Positions 48,751 to 59,183 of a stretch of 64,000 bases of DNA are shown here, in pieces. The stretch covers positions 1,618 through 65,617 of the forward strand of contig JBJMGU010000232.1 in assembly GCA_045807765.1 (NCBI GenBank), in the 5' to 3' direction. The notes under the pieces were generated by a model that did not search any database, was not told the DNA's origin, and saw only the letters and a program-made list of their open reading frames with translations. This DNA comes from Blastocatellia bacterium (lineage in GTDB: Bacteria; Acidobacteriota; Blastocatellia; UBA7656). The position numbers and the translations under genes are program-made. Numbering within the stretch: position 1 is the stretch's first letter; every line of letters begins with the position of its first letter.

Positions 48751-51700
48751 TTAATGCAATTTCGTCGTTGGGTCGCCGAACAGAATCCATGTCCGCCGCA
48801 CATCGCCGGCGGTCGCCGCCGCCTTCGCCCGCAGCATGGCATCGCCCAGCCGCTGCTCTTGCTTGCTGAGCAACAGCCGATTGGCTTCCTGATTCATCGC
48901 CGTCTGCGCGTCGGGCAAAGTCATGCCGCTCGATGCCCACACGGCGACTGCGCCGCCATGCTCGGACTTCAGCAATGCCGCGCCCAGGCTGTCGAGCGCC
49001 GGGTCGTGGAAGTAACCGTTCAGACATGTCATCATTATGAAGACCGTCAGCCGGTCGCTGTTTACCAGGCCACTGATATTTCCCCCGGTCAGCAGGTTGC
49101 CGCGCCAGATGTCAACCGAGCCATGGCCAAAGTAGTTCACCACTCGCTGACCACGATTGATCGCCGAGATCAGCCGTGCCTGCGTCGTTGCGTCGTCGGT
49201 GTCGCCACGGTGTAACGACTGGACGCGCACCTCAGGCGGAATCATCGCGCGTAAAGCGGCGCCGGCGCCCGCGAAGTCGTAGGTGTCATTTTGGTCGCTC
49301 ACCAGCAACAGCGTGTCGGCGGACGACTGACTGTCATAGCGAACGATCTTCGTCGCCATCGTCAGCGCCTCGCCTGCCGTCCGCGCCGGCAACCGCCCAA
49401 TGGCCAGCTCCGGCATGCCATCGTTGTTGAAGTCAACCAGCCAATCGTCCGAAGCCGTCTCCAGATAATCGCTGTCGAACAGTTTCGTCGGCACTAGATC
49501 AAAGTCACCGGCTCCGAGATAATTCTTCGGATCGAAACTAGCGTCGCCGGCCAGCAGCACATAACGTGGCTTCTTCTTCCAGCTCGTCGCCGCGTAGGTC
49601 AAAAAGTCTTTCAGCGCTTGCGGCGTCTTTTGCCCAAAGCTGAATTCATTGTAGACCGCTTCGATGTCAACGACGGCGACGCTCAAACCCTGCCGCCGGC
49701 GTTGCGCCACCAGCGAATCGAGCGCGGCGGCAAAGTCGCCGCGTGTGACAATGATCAGGTCTGCGGCATTGCCCGGCTGCCGCCAGGACGAAGCCGCGCT
49801 CGCAGACACTCTGAACGGTCGTATCAATTCGCCTGCGACCGCCAGCAATCGCCGCTCACTCGCGCCCGGCACCAGCAGCGAAACGCCATAGCCGTTCTTC
49901 TGCGCCTGAGGCGTGCCGGTCAGTTCTTGCACCGCGCCGGCATCGGTCACATCCAGCACACGCACCGCCGGCTGGCTGAAGCCATCAATCAGCAACGGTT
50001 GATTGCCCGCCGCCGTCAGCCGCAGCGCGTCGCTGTCCGCGGTGTTGTAATGTTGATAACTGACGCGCAAGTAATCGACCAGGCTGATGTCGCTTGCGCC
50101 GCCCGATGGCACCAGGCGCACCGTATTCGTGCCTTCGTGCAACAACGCATGGGCCACGTTGAAGACGGCGACCGCCGAAGCTTGATTGGCAAATGACACG
50201 GTGCCGACCGGACTGCCGTTCAGCTCGACCGTGACGCTGTGCGCCTGTAAGGTGACGCCTTGCAGGCCGACTTCGAGCGCGGCCAGGGTCGGCGCGGCGC
50301 TATTGACACGCGCAAGCGTCAATGTTTGATCAAGCGGATCGTGGGCGATGACCGCGCCGAAGAAATTCTCTTTGTCGCCATTGCGCAAGGCGGGGAAGTA
50401 GAGCGAGCGGTCGCGCCGTTCGACGGTCATCAGGAAACTGCCACCCGCCGCCGCATCCCCGGCGCTATTCACCTGCGGGATGCGTCTGCCGGGTATGGTG
50501 CCAGTCATCAGCAGGTAGGAGCGCTCGGCGGTGTAAAGGCTATCGCTGCTCGTACCATAGAATTCAATGCCGGCGAGCAGACCGTTTTTGTCGGTCAGGA
50601 CGTTGATCGGCTGCTCGCGCCCGTCAACAAAGAGTTGCAGCATCTGCGGATTGACGCTGGCATCGAGGCCGGCGGCCACAAGCTCTGTGGCTTTGACCTG
50701 ATACCAGCTTTCGCGGTTGACAGTGATCTTGACCGCCGAGATGCCGGCGAGGGCTTGTTGTGTAGCCAGTGCCGCGGCGGTCACCCGCTTCATCGCCGCC
50801 TGGCGCTCGACCGGCTGCGTCGCCGCATCGCGGCTTTGCTCGTCGCCGAGGTCATTCAATAGCCGGGAGTTCGGCTCATAGACATCTGCCGCCAGCTTGC
50901 TCGCAGATACGAACACAGGCCCGTGCCAGTAGCTGTTGCCGTTGAGGTCAACCTCTTCGAGCCAGTACTGCGCGTTGGCGCTCGCGCCGCCGCTGTCGCG
51001 CCACACGTAAGAGCGCCCCGCGCCAAGCATCGTTCTTGCGCCGACGAAAAGAGCCGAGCCGGCAATCAGGTTAGGCGTAAGCCGTGTGCGTTTGCCGGCC
51101 TCGTCGCGATAGAGATTGAAGCCGAGATTGGCGACTTCCATGCCGGTCTGCCAGCGCAGCAAGACGCCGCCTTTCGGCAGGCTTGGCGAGGCGGCCAGAC
51201 CTTCAGCCGTGAAGCCGTTCAGGGCGACGGCGGTCGGCGCGCTCGGCTCGGCCAGCGTCCAGTCAGAGAATGTAGTAACGCCGGTCACGGTCGCCTGATT
51301 TGCGGCAGGCGTGACCGTCTGGTTCGAAGGGACCGAGAACATGCCGTCGTACTTGACGACGATGAAGCTGTTCTCGTTGGCCGTGCCCGGCACGTCGCCG
51401 TCAAGGTAGTTGAACGTCAGGTCGGCGGTGACGCCGGTTGCGGTCAGCGTCCAATAGCGTTGCAGCGCCTTTGTCGGGTCGTTGATATTGAACTGCGCCC
51501 CCTGCACCGCCTTGACCGTGAAGTCGGCAGGGAATGTCCCGGCGGTGAGGTTGACCGCGACCGGCGAATAGCCGTTGGCCGTGCCGACGGCGAAGCTGAA
51601 GCTGCCGGCGCTGCAATAGTTCTTCTTCAGGTTACCGATGATGTAATTGCTCGCGCCCGCGCCACTGACCGTCGCCGTGCAGCCGAGCGTGATCGTGCTA

Positions 51701-54700
51701 GCTCCCGTGTTCAACTTGCCATTCAAGGTCAATTCGTTGGTGACGATGACATCGCCGCCAAGCGTGTCGCCATTGTTTGCGCTGGCATTGTAGTAAGTGC
51801 CCGCCGGAATCGTCCCGCCGGCGCTCATCACGATCTCATCGGCACCGATGTCGGGTGACGAAGCCGGGCGCGGGTCATTGTCAAAATCATTAGCGACGCT
51901 GGCAATGGAGGTCCCGGCAGAGGCAGCCGGACTCGACGCCTGGAGGTGCAGATCAACCGACGATGCCGCAGCCGTGGGCGCTCTGAACTGCGGGTTGGCA
52001 GAGATCGAGTTCGCATCCTGCCCGGTCGCGGTTTGCCAATTGCTCAGGGTCGTCTGATCAACAGCATTAAACAATCCGACAAAACCGCCCGTGCCATTCG
52101 CAAAAAGGTCGTTGTAGTTGGAAGTCAGCCCTGCGGGATTGGCTGCCGTTCCGGCTATGGAAATCGCATAGTTCTTACCCGCGCCGGAGGCGTTGCTGCG
52201 CGCGTTCCAGAAGATGTTGTTGACATAGTTGCGCGTGCTGTTGACGGCGGTGCTGTTGAAGGCGAAGGTGGTCGACGATGAGGCGACGCCGGAGCCGCCA
52301 ATGTAGACGCTGTTGTGGTAGTAGCTGACAACTGTAGTGCCCGCGCCGCCAGTCGCGCCCTGGATGTCACGGATGCCAATGATTTGCAGGCCGCTGGTTA
52401 TCGAATTGCCTGCCGCATCGATGCCGAGCCGGATCATGTTGTTCTGCACCGTCCCGGTGACCGCCACGCCGGCGGTGGCCGAGCCGCGCTGGACGATGCC
52501 ATAGATCTGGGCCGTGTTGTCGGTCGACGTGTTCGTGAGTGAATGGATCAAGTTCCGCTCGATTACATTCGCCGTGATGTTGGTGGTCGCCGGCAACGTG
52601 ACGTCCATCGCGTAGATCGAGGCGTTCGCCGCCCCCGACGCGTTGCTCAACGAATGGATGGTGTTTCGGGAGATGTTGCTGCTGTTCGTGGCAAGCGTGC
52701 TGATATTGACAATGATGCCACTGCCAACGACCGTCGCGGGGAAGTTGGAATTGCCAATCAGGTTGCGCACCGTGTTGCCAGTCATCGAGACGGCAGGCAA
52801 CGCGGTTTGGATGCCGTACATGACATAGCTACCGACCTGTGTGTCGGTGATCGCGCCGCCGGCAACCGCGCCGCCAATGACGTTGTTATTGATTGTCTCG
52901 GTCGCAGTTGAACTGGTGTTGACGAGAATCCCCCTGAAGCCGACGGTGGTTCCCGTGCTCTGGATGGTGATCGCGCCCATCTTGTTGTTGGAGACGTTGC
53001 AGGAACTCAGGCTGAAATCATAGATTCCAATCACCGGCGCGTTGCTCGCCGTCGTCGAGGTCGCGTTAATGACGATGGTGGATGAGCCGTCGAGGCTGCC
53101 AATCGTGTTGCCGGTGATGTTGCCGACGTCGAACAAGCCAGATGTGGTGCCCAGCGAGATGGCGATAAACGGCGAACTGCCGGCCGTCGTCGAGGCGCGG
53201 CTGCTGGTCTGGTTGATGCCGGAAATCGTGTTCCCCTGCACACTGGTTGCCGTCCCGTTGCTGGCGGCTGCCAGATCCAATCCTCTGAACTCATTCGACG
53301 AGCCGGTGATCGTCGTCGTTCCCGTGCCGTTAGCCGCGCCAAAGCCGATGACGTTTCCGGTGATGGTGTGGAAGTTACCATTCGCGCCGGTCGTGCCGGT
53401 AAGCGTAATCCCGGCATAGCGCAGAGCGGTCGTCGTAAAGGTTCGCGGCGCCGTCTGGTAGATGCGGTTGTTGGAGATGGTAAAGTTGAGGTTGCCTGTG
53501 CGGATGTCAAGGCCCGATACGGACACGCCGCCGGTGCCAAAGAAGTCAAAGATGTTGTTGCCATCGATGACGTTGCCGGTGTTGATCGTGTTGTTGTTGG
53601 TCGTCGTGCCGAGGGCGGTAATCGCTTTGATCGGCAGCCCCCCTCCGACGGGGCCGATGTTGTTCTTCGAGATCGTGTTGTTATTGTTGCCCGTGCTGGT
53701 CGTCGTGCTGAAGAGGACCGCGCCGCCGGCATTCGCGCCGACAGCCACCGTTGACGATCCCTGTATGTTGGAATTCTTCACGGTGTTGTTGGATGCGCCG
53801 TTGATAAAGCGAATCGTGCTGGTGCCGGAGGTAGTGCCGGTATTCGAGTTCGCAATCGTCAGCGAGTTGCCGCCCGTGTTCAAGCCATCAATCGTCACGT
53901 TGTCCGCGCCGTTCAAGTCAACCAACGGCGTAGCAAGATTACCTGAAATCGTACGCGCCGCGCCGCCGCTGGGCGCGATGTTCATGCTGATGTAAGAAGC
54001 CGAACCTGAGCCGCTGGCATTCAAGACGGCGGCTGCCGTCTCGGTGGTGTTCCCCAAAATACCAACGTTGATCGTGCCCTGATGCGTGCCGGCATTGACC
54101 GCATCAAAGGCGGCCTTGAGCGTGGCGTAGTCCGTCGGCCCCACTGTGCCGGCGGTTGCCGTCACCGTTACCGGCCCCGCGCCTGACGGCGGCCCAACAG
54201 GGCTACCGGGGACGAGCGAGACGTTCAGCGTGGTGGTGCTGCCATTGCTAATGATGACGTTGTTGATGGTCTGCTGCGTATAGCCGGTTTTGGAAACCGT
54301 GACCGTATAGGTGGCAGGCGATAGCGCGCGTGAATAATTACCGGAAAGGTCGCTCACCATCGAAGCGCCGCCCGTAACCGAGATCACCGCGCCGCTGAGC
54401 GTCGCCGTGGTCATGCTGTCGATGATGGTGCCTTGTAGCGTCCCTGTGGCCGCCGCCGCGCAGCTTAAAAACTTGAACGAGCCAATGCGCGTGTTCCACG
54501 CCGCGGCGGCAGTCGCCGGATAGTATTCATTCGTATGATAGAAGGTGCAGGTATCCACCGGGTCAACGAACATCGAGCTATAGTCGCCCCAGCGACCGCT
54601 CGTATCGGTCTGATGTCCGTCGCTGGCGATAAGCACGGTTTCGCCCTGACTTAGATTATTCAAGGGATCGCCGGCCAGCCGGCCAGCATAACGGATGCCG

Positions 54701-56925
54701 GGGTTGAGCGTCGCGCTTGAAGCGCTGTAGCCAATCGCCAGATTGCCCTGTGAATCAACGTTGAGGCTGGGCATCCAGCGCCACAGACCGTCGCCGCCAT
54801 TATTAAACGTTTGCTGCTGCGTCGGCGTCGTCTGGATGGTGTTCCCCGTGACGTTAAACTGATACCAGCGTATTGCCGTAGGCCCTGTGCCGCCTTGATT
54901 GTTATTGACCGTGTGCGAGGCGTAAACCGATTCTGTGCCGCCGAGATTTTGATAGACGAGCGGGTACATCAGCTTGTCGCCCAGCGTGTCCAGGTACTGT
55001 GTCGTCGTGGCCGTACCGTTGGGGGCGATGGCGGTGCCCGTCGTGCCGTCAAAGGCATCCACAAACCCGTTGACTGTGACGATGCCATCCGGCGTGTGCG
55101 TCGCCCCTACGCCAAACGTCGAGTTGGCCGGCGTCGCAAAATCAACGTGGAAGCGCCTGACGAAGACCTGCGTCTCGACCGTGCCCGCCGCCGCCGAGCT
55201 ATTGATATCCATGAACCACTCGGGCTGGCCCGCCGGCGGCGCACTGCCGTGGCGGAAGGTCGCCGGCAACAAGCTGTACTGGTCACCCAGGTCTGCCGGG
55301 GCAATCGAGAAGGCGATGGTGCTGGCAGCGCCGCCATTGATCATCGCGTTGCGGTTGAGCGCGAAGACGCGGACGCCTTCGAACGTCTCTGTGGCTAGGG
55401 TTAGCCCTGAGAATAAGTTCACTGACATATAGTAGGCGTCAGGCCACACGCCGAACTTTGGGTAATCGCCGATAAAGCCCGTATGCGCCGGGTCGACTTG
55501 TACCGCGTAGAGATACCAACCGCCCGCGACCGGGTCGCCCGTCTTCGACACGCCGACGCACTGATAGAAAGGGCCGGCGCCGGGAAATGCGGAGAAAGCA
55601 AAATCACTAACCACCCAGCGGTCTGCCATGTGGTCGTAGAAGACCACGCCATCACCGTCATTCAGATTACTGCCGCATGGCGTGCCGGTGCCGAGCGCCG
55701 AAAAGAATGAGTTGTAGGTTATCGGGCCGGCCAGGACGTTGCCGCTCTTATCATGGATGCGGATGGACGAGTTGACCGACTGCATATAGTGGTTGGGGCC
55801 GACATCGCCATCGGTGTCGGGCGGCAAGCAACCGTTGCAGGCTAACTGCGAGCTCATACCGGCGAACGTCTGCGATGGGCTAGGAATGGTCGGGACGGGG
55901 GCAGCCTTCCCCGCCGGCGGCACCACTACGGGGTCAGATACGCCCTTAACCTGAACTGATTTGGGGAGATGCCGCGTCAGGCGCTGGCCTTCCACTTCGG
56001 CGCTCGGCGGGATATAGGGGAGCTTGCGCAGGTCTTCATTCTGCAAGACCGGGCCGACCATCCGAGTCACACTCGGGCCGGGAGGCGTTATCGCTTGAAG
56101 CGCAACGCCGCTCGCCGCTGCGCCTGGCTCTCCCGTGCCGACCGGCCCGCGCATCCGCCGTCCGCCCGCCGCGTTGACGGGTTGATCTTTTGCTGAATCG
56201 ACGACCGGCGGTTCGAGTTCGGTCGCGCCCACACGGTGGTTGGCCTTTAGTTCAGGCTTTGATTCTTCCTTAGCTTCTTCCTTGGCCTCTTCCTTTGCTT
56301 CTTCGGTGTCGGTCGTCAGAGTTTCGTCTGGCTTTTCCTGTTTTTCATCGACGGCCTGCGTTGCGGCTAGCCTCTCTTCCTTTGGCGGGTTGACCGCTGA
56401 GGGGTTCGACAGACGACCTGGAAAGATAAACGGCGGAGGCGTCAAGCGCCTGGCTAGCGGCTCGGCTTGAGCGTTCTGCGCAGCTCTCTGAGACGGCGCA
56501 TTGACGGCAGAGGCACGAGGCGGAACGGCAGGTCGCAGGATGAACGGCGACGGCACCAGCAGAGACACTATTCGATTCGGTTGAAGCCGTCGCGGGTCAA
56601 TCTGCGCGACGCTGCGCTTATTGGTTTCAGGCGCGCGCAGCCGATCATGCTGAGCGGGCGTTTGTGGAATGGCCTGGTGAGCCTGTGCCTTTGGGTCGCT
56701 GACTTTTGCGCCGCTAGACTGAGCCACGGCGGTCTGCGCCTCTGGAGAATCTGTGGTTGCCTGCACAGGCGGTTGGATGGTGCGGGCCTGCCGCACGGCC
56801 ATTGCCCCTCGCCAGCCGAACGTCGCCGCGATCACACCGACCAGACATAAGGCAACCAGCAAGAATCGCTGCTGGCTTACTCTCACTGAAAAGATTGCAG
56901 CGATCATCATTCTCATCTTTTTCAT
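48751..56925 (-). CDS. Giant (2724 aa) secreted C25-family protein C, with beta-helix/adhesin-like cargo
   Basis: Signal or TM N-terminus, Pro-rich linker, PPDTDGDVGPNHY domain, carboxypeptidase-regulatory-like segment, many IxxNxI beta-helix turns. NYFGHG, MTCLNGYF, LFGDP. Confidence 0.82.
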   Translation of the reverse strand: MKKMRMMIAAIFSVRVSQQRFLLVALCLVGVIAATFGWRGAMAVRQARTIQPPVQATTDSPEAQTAVAQSSGAKVSDPKAQAHQAIPQTPAQHDRLRAPETNKRSVAQIDPRRLQPNRIVSLLVPSPFILRPAVPPRASAVNAPSQRAAQNAQAEPLARRLTPPPFIFPGRLSNPSAVNPPKEERLAATQAVDEKQEKPDETLTTDTEEAKEEAKEEAKEESKPELKANHRVGATELEPPVVDSAKDQPVNAAGGRRMRGPVGTGEPGAAASGVALQAITPPGPSVTRMVGPVLQNEDLRKLPYIPPSAEVEGQRLTRHLPKSVQVKGVSDPVVVPPAGKAAPVPTIPSPSQTFAGMSSQLACNGCLPPDTDGDVGPNHYMQSVNSSIRIHDKSGNVLAGPITYNSFFSALGTGTPCGSNLNDGDGVVFYDHMADRWVVSDFAFSAFPGAGPFYQCVGVSKTGDPVAGGWYLYAVQVDPAHTGFIGDYPKFGVWPDAYYMSVNLFSGLTLATETFEGVRVFALNRNAMINGGAASTIAFSIAPADLGDQYSLLPATFRHGSAPPAGQPEWFMDINSSAAAGTVETQVFVRRFHVDFATPANSTFGVGATHTPDGIVTVNGFVDAFDGTTGTAIAPNGTATTTQYLDTLGDKLMYPLVYQNLGGTESVYASHTVNNNQGGTGPTAIRWYQFNVTGNTIQTTPTQQQTFNNGGDGLWRWMPSLNVDSQGNLAIGYSASSATLNPGIRYAGRLAGDPLNNLSQGETVLIASDGHQTDTSGRWGDYSSMFVDPVDTCTFYHTNEYYPATAAAAWNTRIGSFKFLSCAAAATGTLQGTIIDSMTTATLSGAVISVTGGASMVSDLSGNYSRALSPATYTVTVSKTGYTQQTINNVIISNGSTTTLNVSLVPGSPVGPPSGAGPVTVTATAGTVGPTDYATLKAAFDAVNAGTHQGTINVGILGNTTETAAAVLNASGSGSASYISMNIAPSGGAARTISGNLATPLVDLNGADNVTIDGLNTGGNSLTIANSNTGTTSGTSTIRFINGASNNTVKNSNIQGSSTVAVGANAGGAVLFSTTTSTGNNNNTISKNNIGPVGGGLPIKAITALGTTTNNNTINTGNVIDGNNIFDFFGTGGVSVSGLDIRTGNLNFTISNNRIYQTAPRTFTTTALRYAGITLTGTTGANGNFHTITGNVIGFGAANGTGTTTITGSSNEFRGLDLAAASNGTATSVQGNTISGINQTSSRASTTAGSSPFIAISLGTTSGLFDVGNITGNTIGSLDGSSTIVINATSTTASNAPVIGIYDFSLSSCNVSNNKMGAITIQSTGTTVGFRGILVNTSSTATETINNNVIGGAVAGGAITDTQVGSYVMYGIQTALPAVSMTGNTVRNLIGNSNFPATVVGSGIIVNISTLATNSSNISRNTIHSLSNASGAANASIYAMDVTLPATTNITANVIERNLIHSLTNTSTDNTAQIYGIVQRGSATAGVAVTGTVQNNMIRLGIDAAGNSITSGLQIIGIRDIQGATGGAGTTVVSYYHNSVYIGGSGVASSSTTFAFNSTAVNSTRNYVNNIFWNARSNASGAGKNYAISIAGTAANPAGLTSNYNDLFANGTGGFVGLFNAVDQTTLSNWQTATGQDANSISANPQFRAPTAAASSVDLHLQASSPAASAGTSIASVANDFDNDPRPASSPDIGADEIVMSAGGTIPAGTYYNASANNGDTLGGDVIVTNELTLNGKLNTGASTITLGCTATVSGAGASNYIIGNLKKNYCSAGSFSFAVGTANGYSPVAVNLTAGTFPADFTVKAVQGAQFNINDPTKALQRYWTLTATGVTADLTFNYLDGDVPGTANENSFIVVKYDGMFSVPSNQTVTPAANQATVTGVTTFSDWTLAEPSAPTAVALNGFTAEGLAASPSLPKGGVLLRWQTGMEVANLGFNLYRDEAGKRTRLTPNLIAGSALFVGARTMLGAGRSYVWRDSGGASANAQYWLEEVDLNGNSYWHGPVFVSASKLAADVYEPNSRLLNDLGDEQSRDAATQPVERQAAMKRVTAAALATQQALAGISAVKITVNRESWYQVKATELVAAGLDASVNPQMLQLFVDGREQPINVLTDKNGLLAGIEFYGTSSDSLYTAERSYLLMTGTIPGRRIPQVNSAGDAAAGGSFLMTVERRDRSLYFPALRNGDKENFFGAVIAHDPLDQTLTLARVNSAAPTLAALEVGLQGVTLQAHSVTVELNGSPVGTVSFANQASAVAVFNVAHALLHEGTNTVRLVPSGGASDISLVDYLRVSYQHYNTADSDALRLTAAGNQPLLIDGFSQPAVRVLDVTDAGAVQELTGTPQAQKNGYGVSLLVPGASERRLLAVAGELIRPFRVSASAASSWRQPGNAADLIIVTRGDFAAALDSLVAQRRRQGLSVAVVDIEAVYNEFSFGQKTPQALKDFLTYAATSWKKKPRYVLLAGDASFDPKNYLGAGDFDLVPTKLFDSDYLETASDDWLVDFNNDGMPELAIGRLPARTAGEALTMATKIVRYDSQSSADTLLLVSDQNDTYDFAGAGAALRAMIPPEVRVQSLHRGDTDDATTQARLISAINRGQRVVNYFGHGSVDIWRGNLLTGGNISGLVNSDRLTVFIMMTCLNGYFHDPALDSLGAALLKSEHGGAVAVWASSGMTLPDAQTAMNQEANRLLLSKQEQRLGDAMLRAKAAATAGDVRRTWILFGDPTTKLH

Positions 56926-57099
56926 AGTGTCTCCATTTGCCCTTTGGTGTTTGATAGGTGTGAGCGCAATACACTTTTACACTGAGCGACGACGATTAAA
57001 ACACGAAGCCAACCTGAAGGTTTGTTACGCGCCCGGCTTGAAACAATTTATCCCCGATGCCTGAGAGAAATGACACGACCCAACGCCTTGATGGGGCGC

Positions 57100-57128
57100 A
57101 TAGTATTGGGCTTTGCCGCACAAGTCAA
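57100..57128 (-). promoter_or_regulatory. Putative promoter of C25 protein C
   Basis: TTGACT, 17 nt, TACTAT on the minus strand. Confidence 0.6.
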
Positions 57129-57184
57129 GCGCAACAGCACGTATGGCGGCGGGCATTTGGAAGGCGGAGAAAGAGTTGCGCGGT

Positions 57185-58375
57185 TCAATCGGGCGGCGAT
57201 ATGACGGGCTGGCCGGCGACCTGCTCCATGCGCCCATCGCGCTTGACTTCAAAGCGCCGCCCGCGCCACTCAACCGTGCGCCCAAACCAGCTCACCGACC
57301 AGATGATGAAGCTCAGCACGTCGCGCAAGGGAATGAGATAAAAGTGCCGCTTCAGGATGCGGTCTTTGAGGTAATGCACGCCGACCAGCCAGCCCATCAA
57401 CAGCCGAACCGTAAGCGTCAGCGCCAGCAGCGCGAGACTCGCCGACGACGCCCGCATCACCGCCACATTGATGAGCGCCAGCGCCGTCCCATACGTCAGC
57501 AACAAGCCGAGATAGCCCGCGGGCCGCGAGATGCGCGTTGACCGCGCCCAGCGCATCTGGTGGCGCATCATGCCGGCAAAGCCTGTCGCCGGCATCGCTG
57601 TCTCAACCACGACATGCGACAGGCGCACTTCGTCGCCGCGCGCGGCAATCAGATTGCCGAGCATGAAATCGTCCGCGAGGTAATCTTTAAGCGCACGAAA
57701 GCCGCCGATGCCGGCGAGCTGCGTCTGCGTCGTCGCCATCGTCGAGCCCAGAGCGAAGCGCACGCCTTCGAGCATGCGCGCCATCAGCACGCCGGCAGCG
57801 AATTCGCCGGTGATGCCGACGGCTTCGAGCCTTGAGGCGAAGTCGCGCGCTTCGGCGGCGCGATACAAACAGGTCACCAGGCCGACGCCTTGCGGTTGCA
57901 GTTCGGCGATGATGCGCCGCAGATAATCGCGCTCGACGCGAATGTCGCTGTCAACGATGATGATCTGTTCATAGCGCCCGCGCGCCAGCATATTTTCGAG
58001 GTTGCTGACTTTGAGGTTGGTGCCCATCACATCGGGACAAACTACCAGTTCGATGTCGTGGCCGGGATAATCGCGCTTGAGCTTTTCGATGATGGGGATC
58101 GATGAATCATCGGCTTCGCGGACGCCAAAGACGAGCTGAAACTGTGGGTAGTCCTGCTTACAAAACCGCTCGTAGTTTTGATAAGCGTCCAAGTCCGCGC
58201 CGTGCAGCGGGATCATCACCGACACCGGCGACAACGCGATGGCTTCCGTATTCTTCTTTTCAGACGAGAACGAGAAGAAGCGATACGCGGCGATCATGGA
58301 CAGCAGATAAAACGCCGTCGCCGCCAGCGTGCAGCCGGCCAGCAAGAGTCCGATGATCGTCGTCAGGCTGAGCAT
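57185..58375 (-). CDS. hpnI: Hopanoid glycosyltransferase HpnI (GT2/GT21-like)
   Basis: QDYP, NLKVSNL, DSDIRV, GLVTCLY, YLADDF, HQMRWAR. Clustered with hpnJ and hpnK. Confidence 0.85.
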   Translation of the reverse strand: MLSLTTIIGLLLAGCTLAATAFYLLSMIAAYRFFSFSSEKKNTEAIALSPVSVMIPLHGADLDAYQNYERFCKQDYPQFQLVFGVREADDSSIPIIEKLKRDYPGHDIELVVCPDVMGTNLKVSNLENMLARGRYEQIIIVDSDIRVERDYLRRIIAELQPQGVGLVTCLYRAAEARDFASRLEAVGITGEFAAGVLMARMLEGVRFALGSTMATTQTQLAGIGGFRALKDYLADDFMLGNLIAARGDEVRLSHVVVETAMPATGFAGMMRHQMRWARSTRISRPAGYLGLLLTYGTALALINVAVMRASSASLALLALTLTVRLLMGWLVGVHYLKDRILKRHFYLIPLRDVLSFIIWSVSWFGRTVEWRGRRFEVKRDGRMEQVAGQPVISPPD

Positions 58376-58743
58376 CAGGGCAGCGAGATAAGCGCGACGC
58401 CTATGCAGACCAGCAGGATGCCGGCCCAGCGCACCGAGGTGATCTTTTCTTTCAAAATCAGCTTCGCGCCAATGGTGGTGATGACAAAGCTCACCGAAGT
58501 CGCCGGCAGCACCAGACTCAGATCAGCCCACGACAGCACGGCGAGGAATGAGAAGAAGCTCACGGTCATGAAGAACAGGCCGAACAGAAACCATTTATTG
58601 GTGAGCGCCCGCCCGGCGATGCGCAACAGCTCGCGCCCGTTGAGCGTCGCGACCTCGCCGACCTGCTTCATGCCCTTTGTGATGAGCACGTCACCGACAG
58701 ATCCGCCCAGCACCACCAGAGCAATCATCAATGCGGTCATCAT
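58375..58743 (-). CDS. Small EamA/SMR-like membrane protein
   Basis: Four TM helices, LSWADLSLVLP, LKEKI...RWAG. Confidence 0.8.
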   Translation of the reverse strand: MMTALMIALVVLGGSVGDVLITKGMKQVGEVATLNGRELLRIAGRALTNKWFLFGLFFMTVSFFSFLAVLSWADLSLVLPATSVSFVITTIGAKLILKEKITSVRWAGILLVCIGVALISLP

Positions 58744-59183
58744 TGCCCTTCCCCCGCGGCGCTCGCCTGCGCCGGTTCAACGGCGGTCGTGCGCTCGCCC
58801 GAACGCGACACAAAGACAACGCCGAGCGTGATGATGAGCGAGCCGATCCAGCGTGCTTTGGTCACTTCTTCATTCAAGAAGTAATGGCCCGCCGCAACAT
58901 TCAGCACGTAACCGAAGGCCGTCGCCGGCAGCACAAAGCTCAAATCGGCCCACGACAGCGCTGCCGAATAGAGCGCGAAGAAGACGATCAACAACAAGGT
59001 GCCGGCCCAGATTTCGGGACTCTGCATGGCCTGCAAGGCGACGTGCAAGGATTGGGAAACCACGCTCATCAATCCGCCGGCGGCGGGCACAGTCGTCGCC
59101 ACAGACTTCATGCCGCGCGTCAAAAAGACATTGCCGGCGGCTTGCGCAAAGATGGCGATGATCAGTACGGCGGCGGTCTTCAT
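58740..59183 (-). CDS. Small EamA/SMR-like membrane protein (paralog)
   Basis: LSWADLSFVLP, LNEEV...RWIG. ATGA overlaps with both neighbours. Confidence 0.8.
   Translation of the reverse strand: MKTAAVLIIAIFAQAAGNVFLTRGMKSVATTVPAAGGLMSVVSQSLHVALQAMQSPEIWAGTLLLIVFFALYSAALSWADLSFVLPATAFGYVLNVAAGHYFLNEEVTKARWIGSLIITLGVVFVSRSGERTTAVEPAQASAAGEGQ

Noticed and set aside
56258-56302. 12-nt tandem repeat encoding EEAK x3
   Set aside because: Ordinary low-complexity linker in a disordered region.
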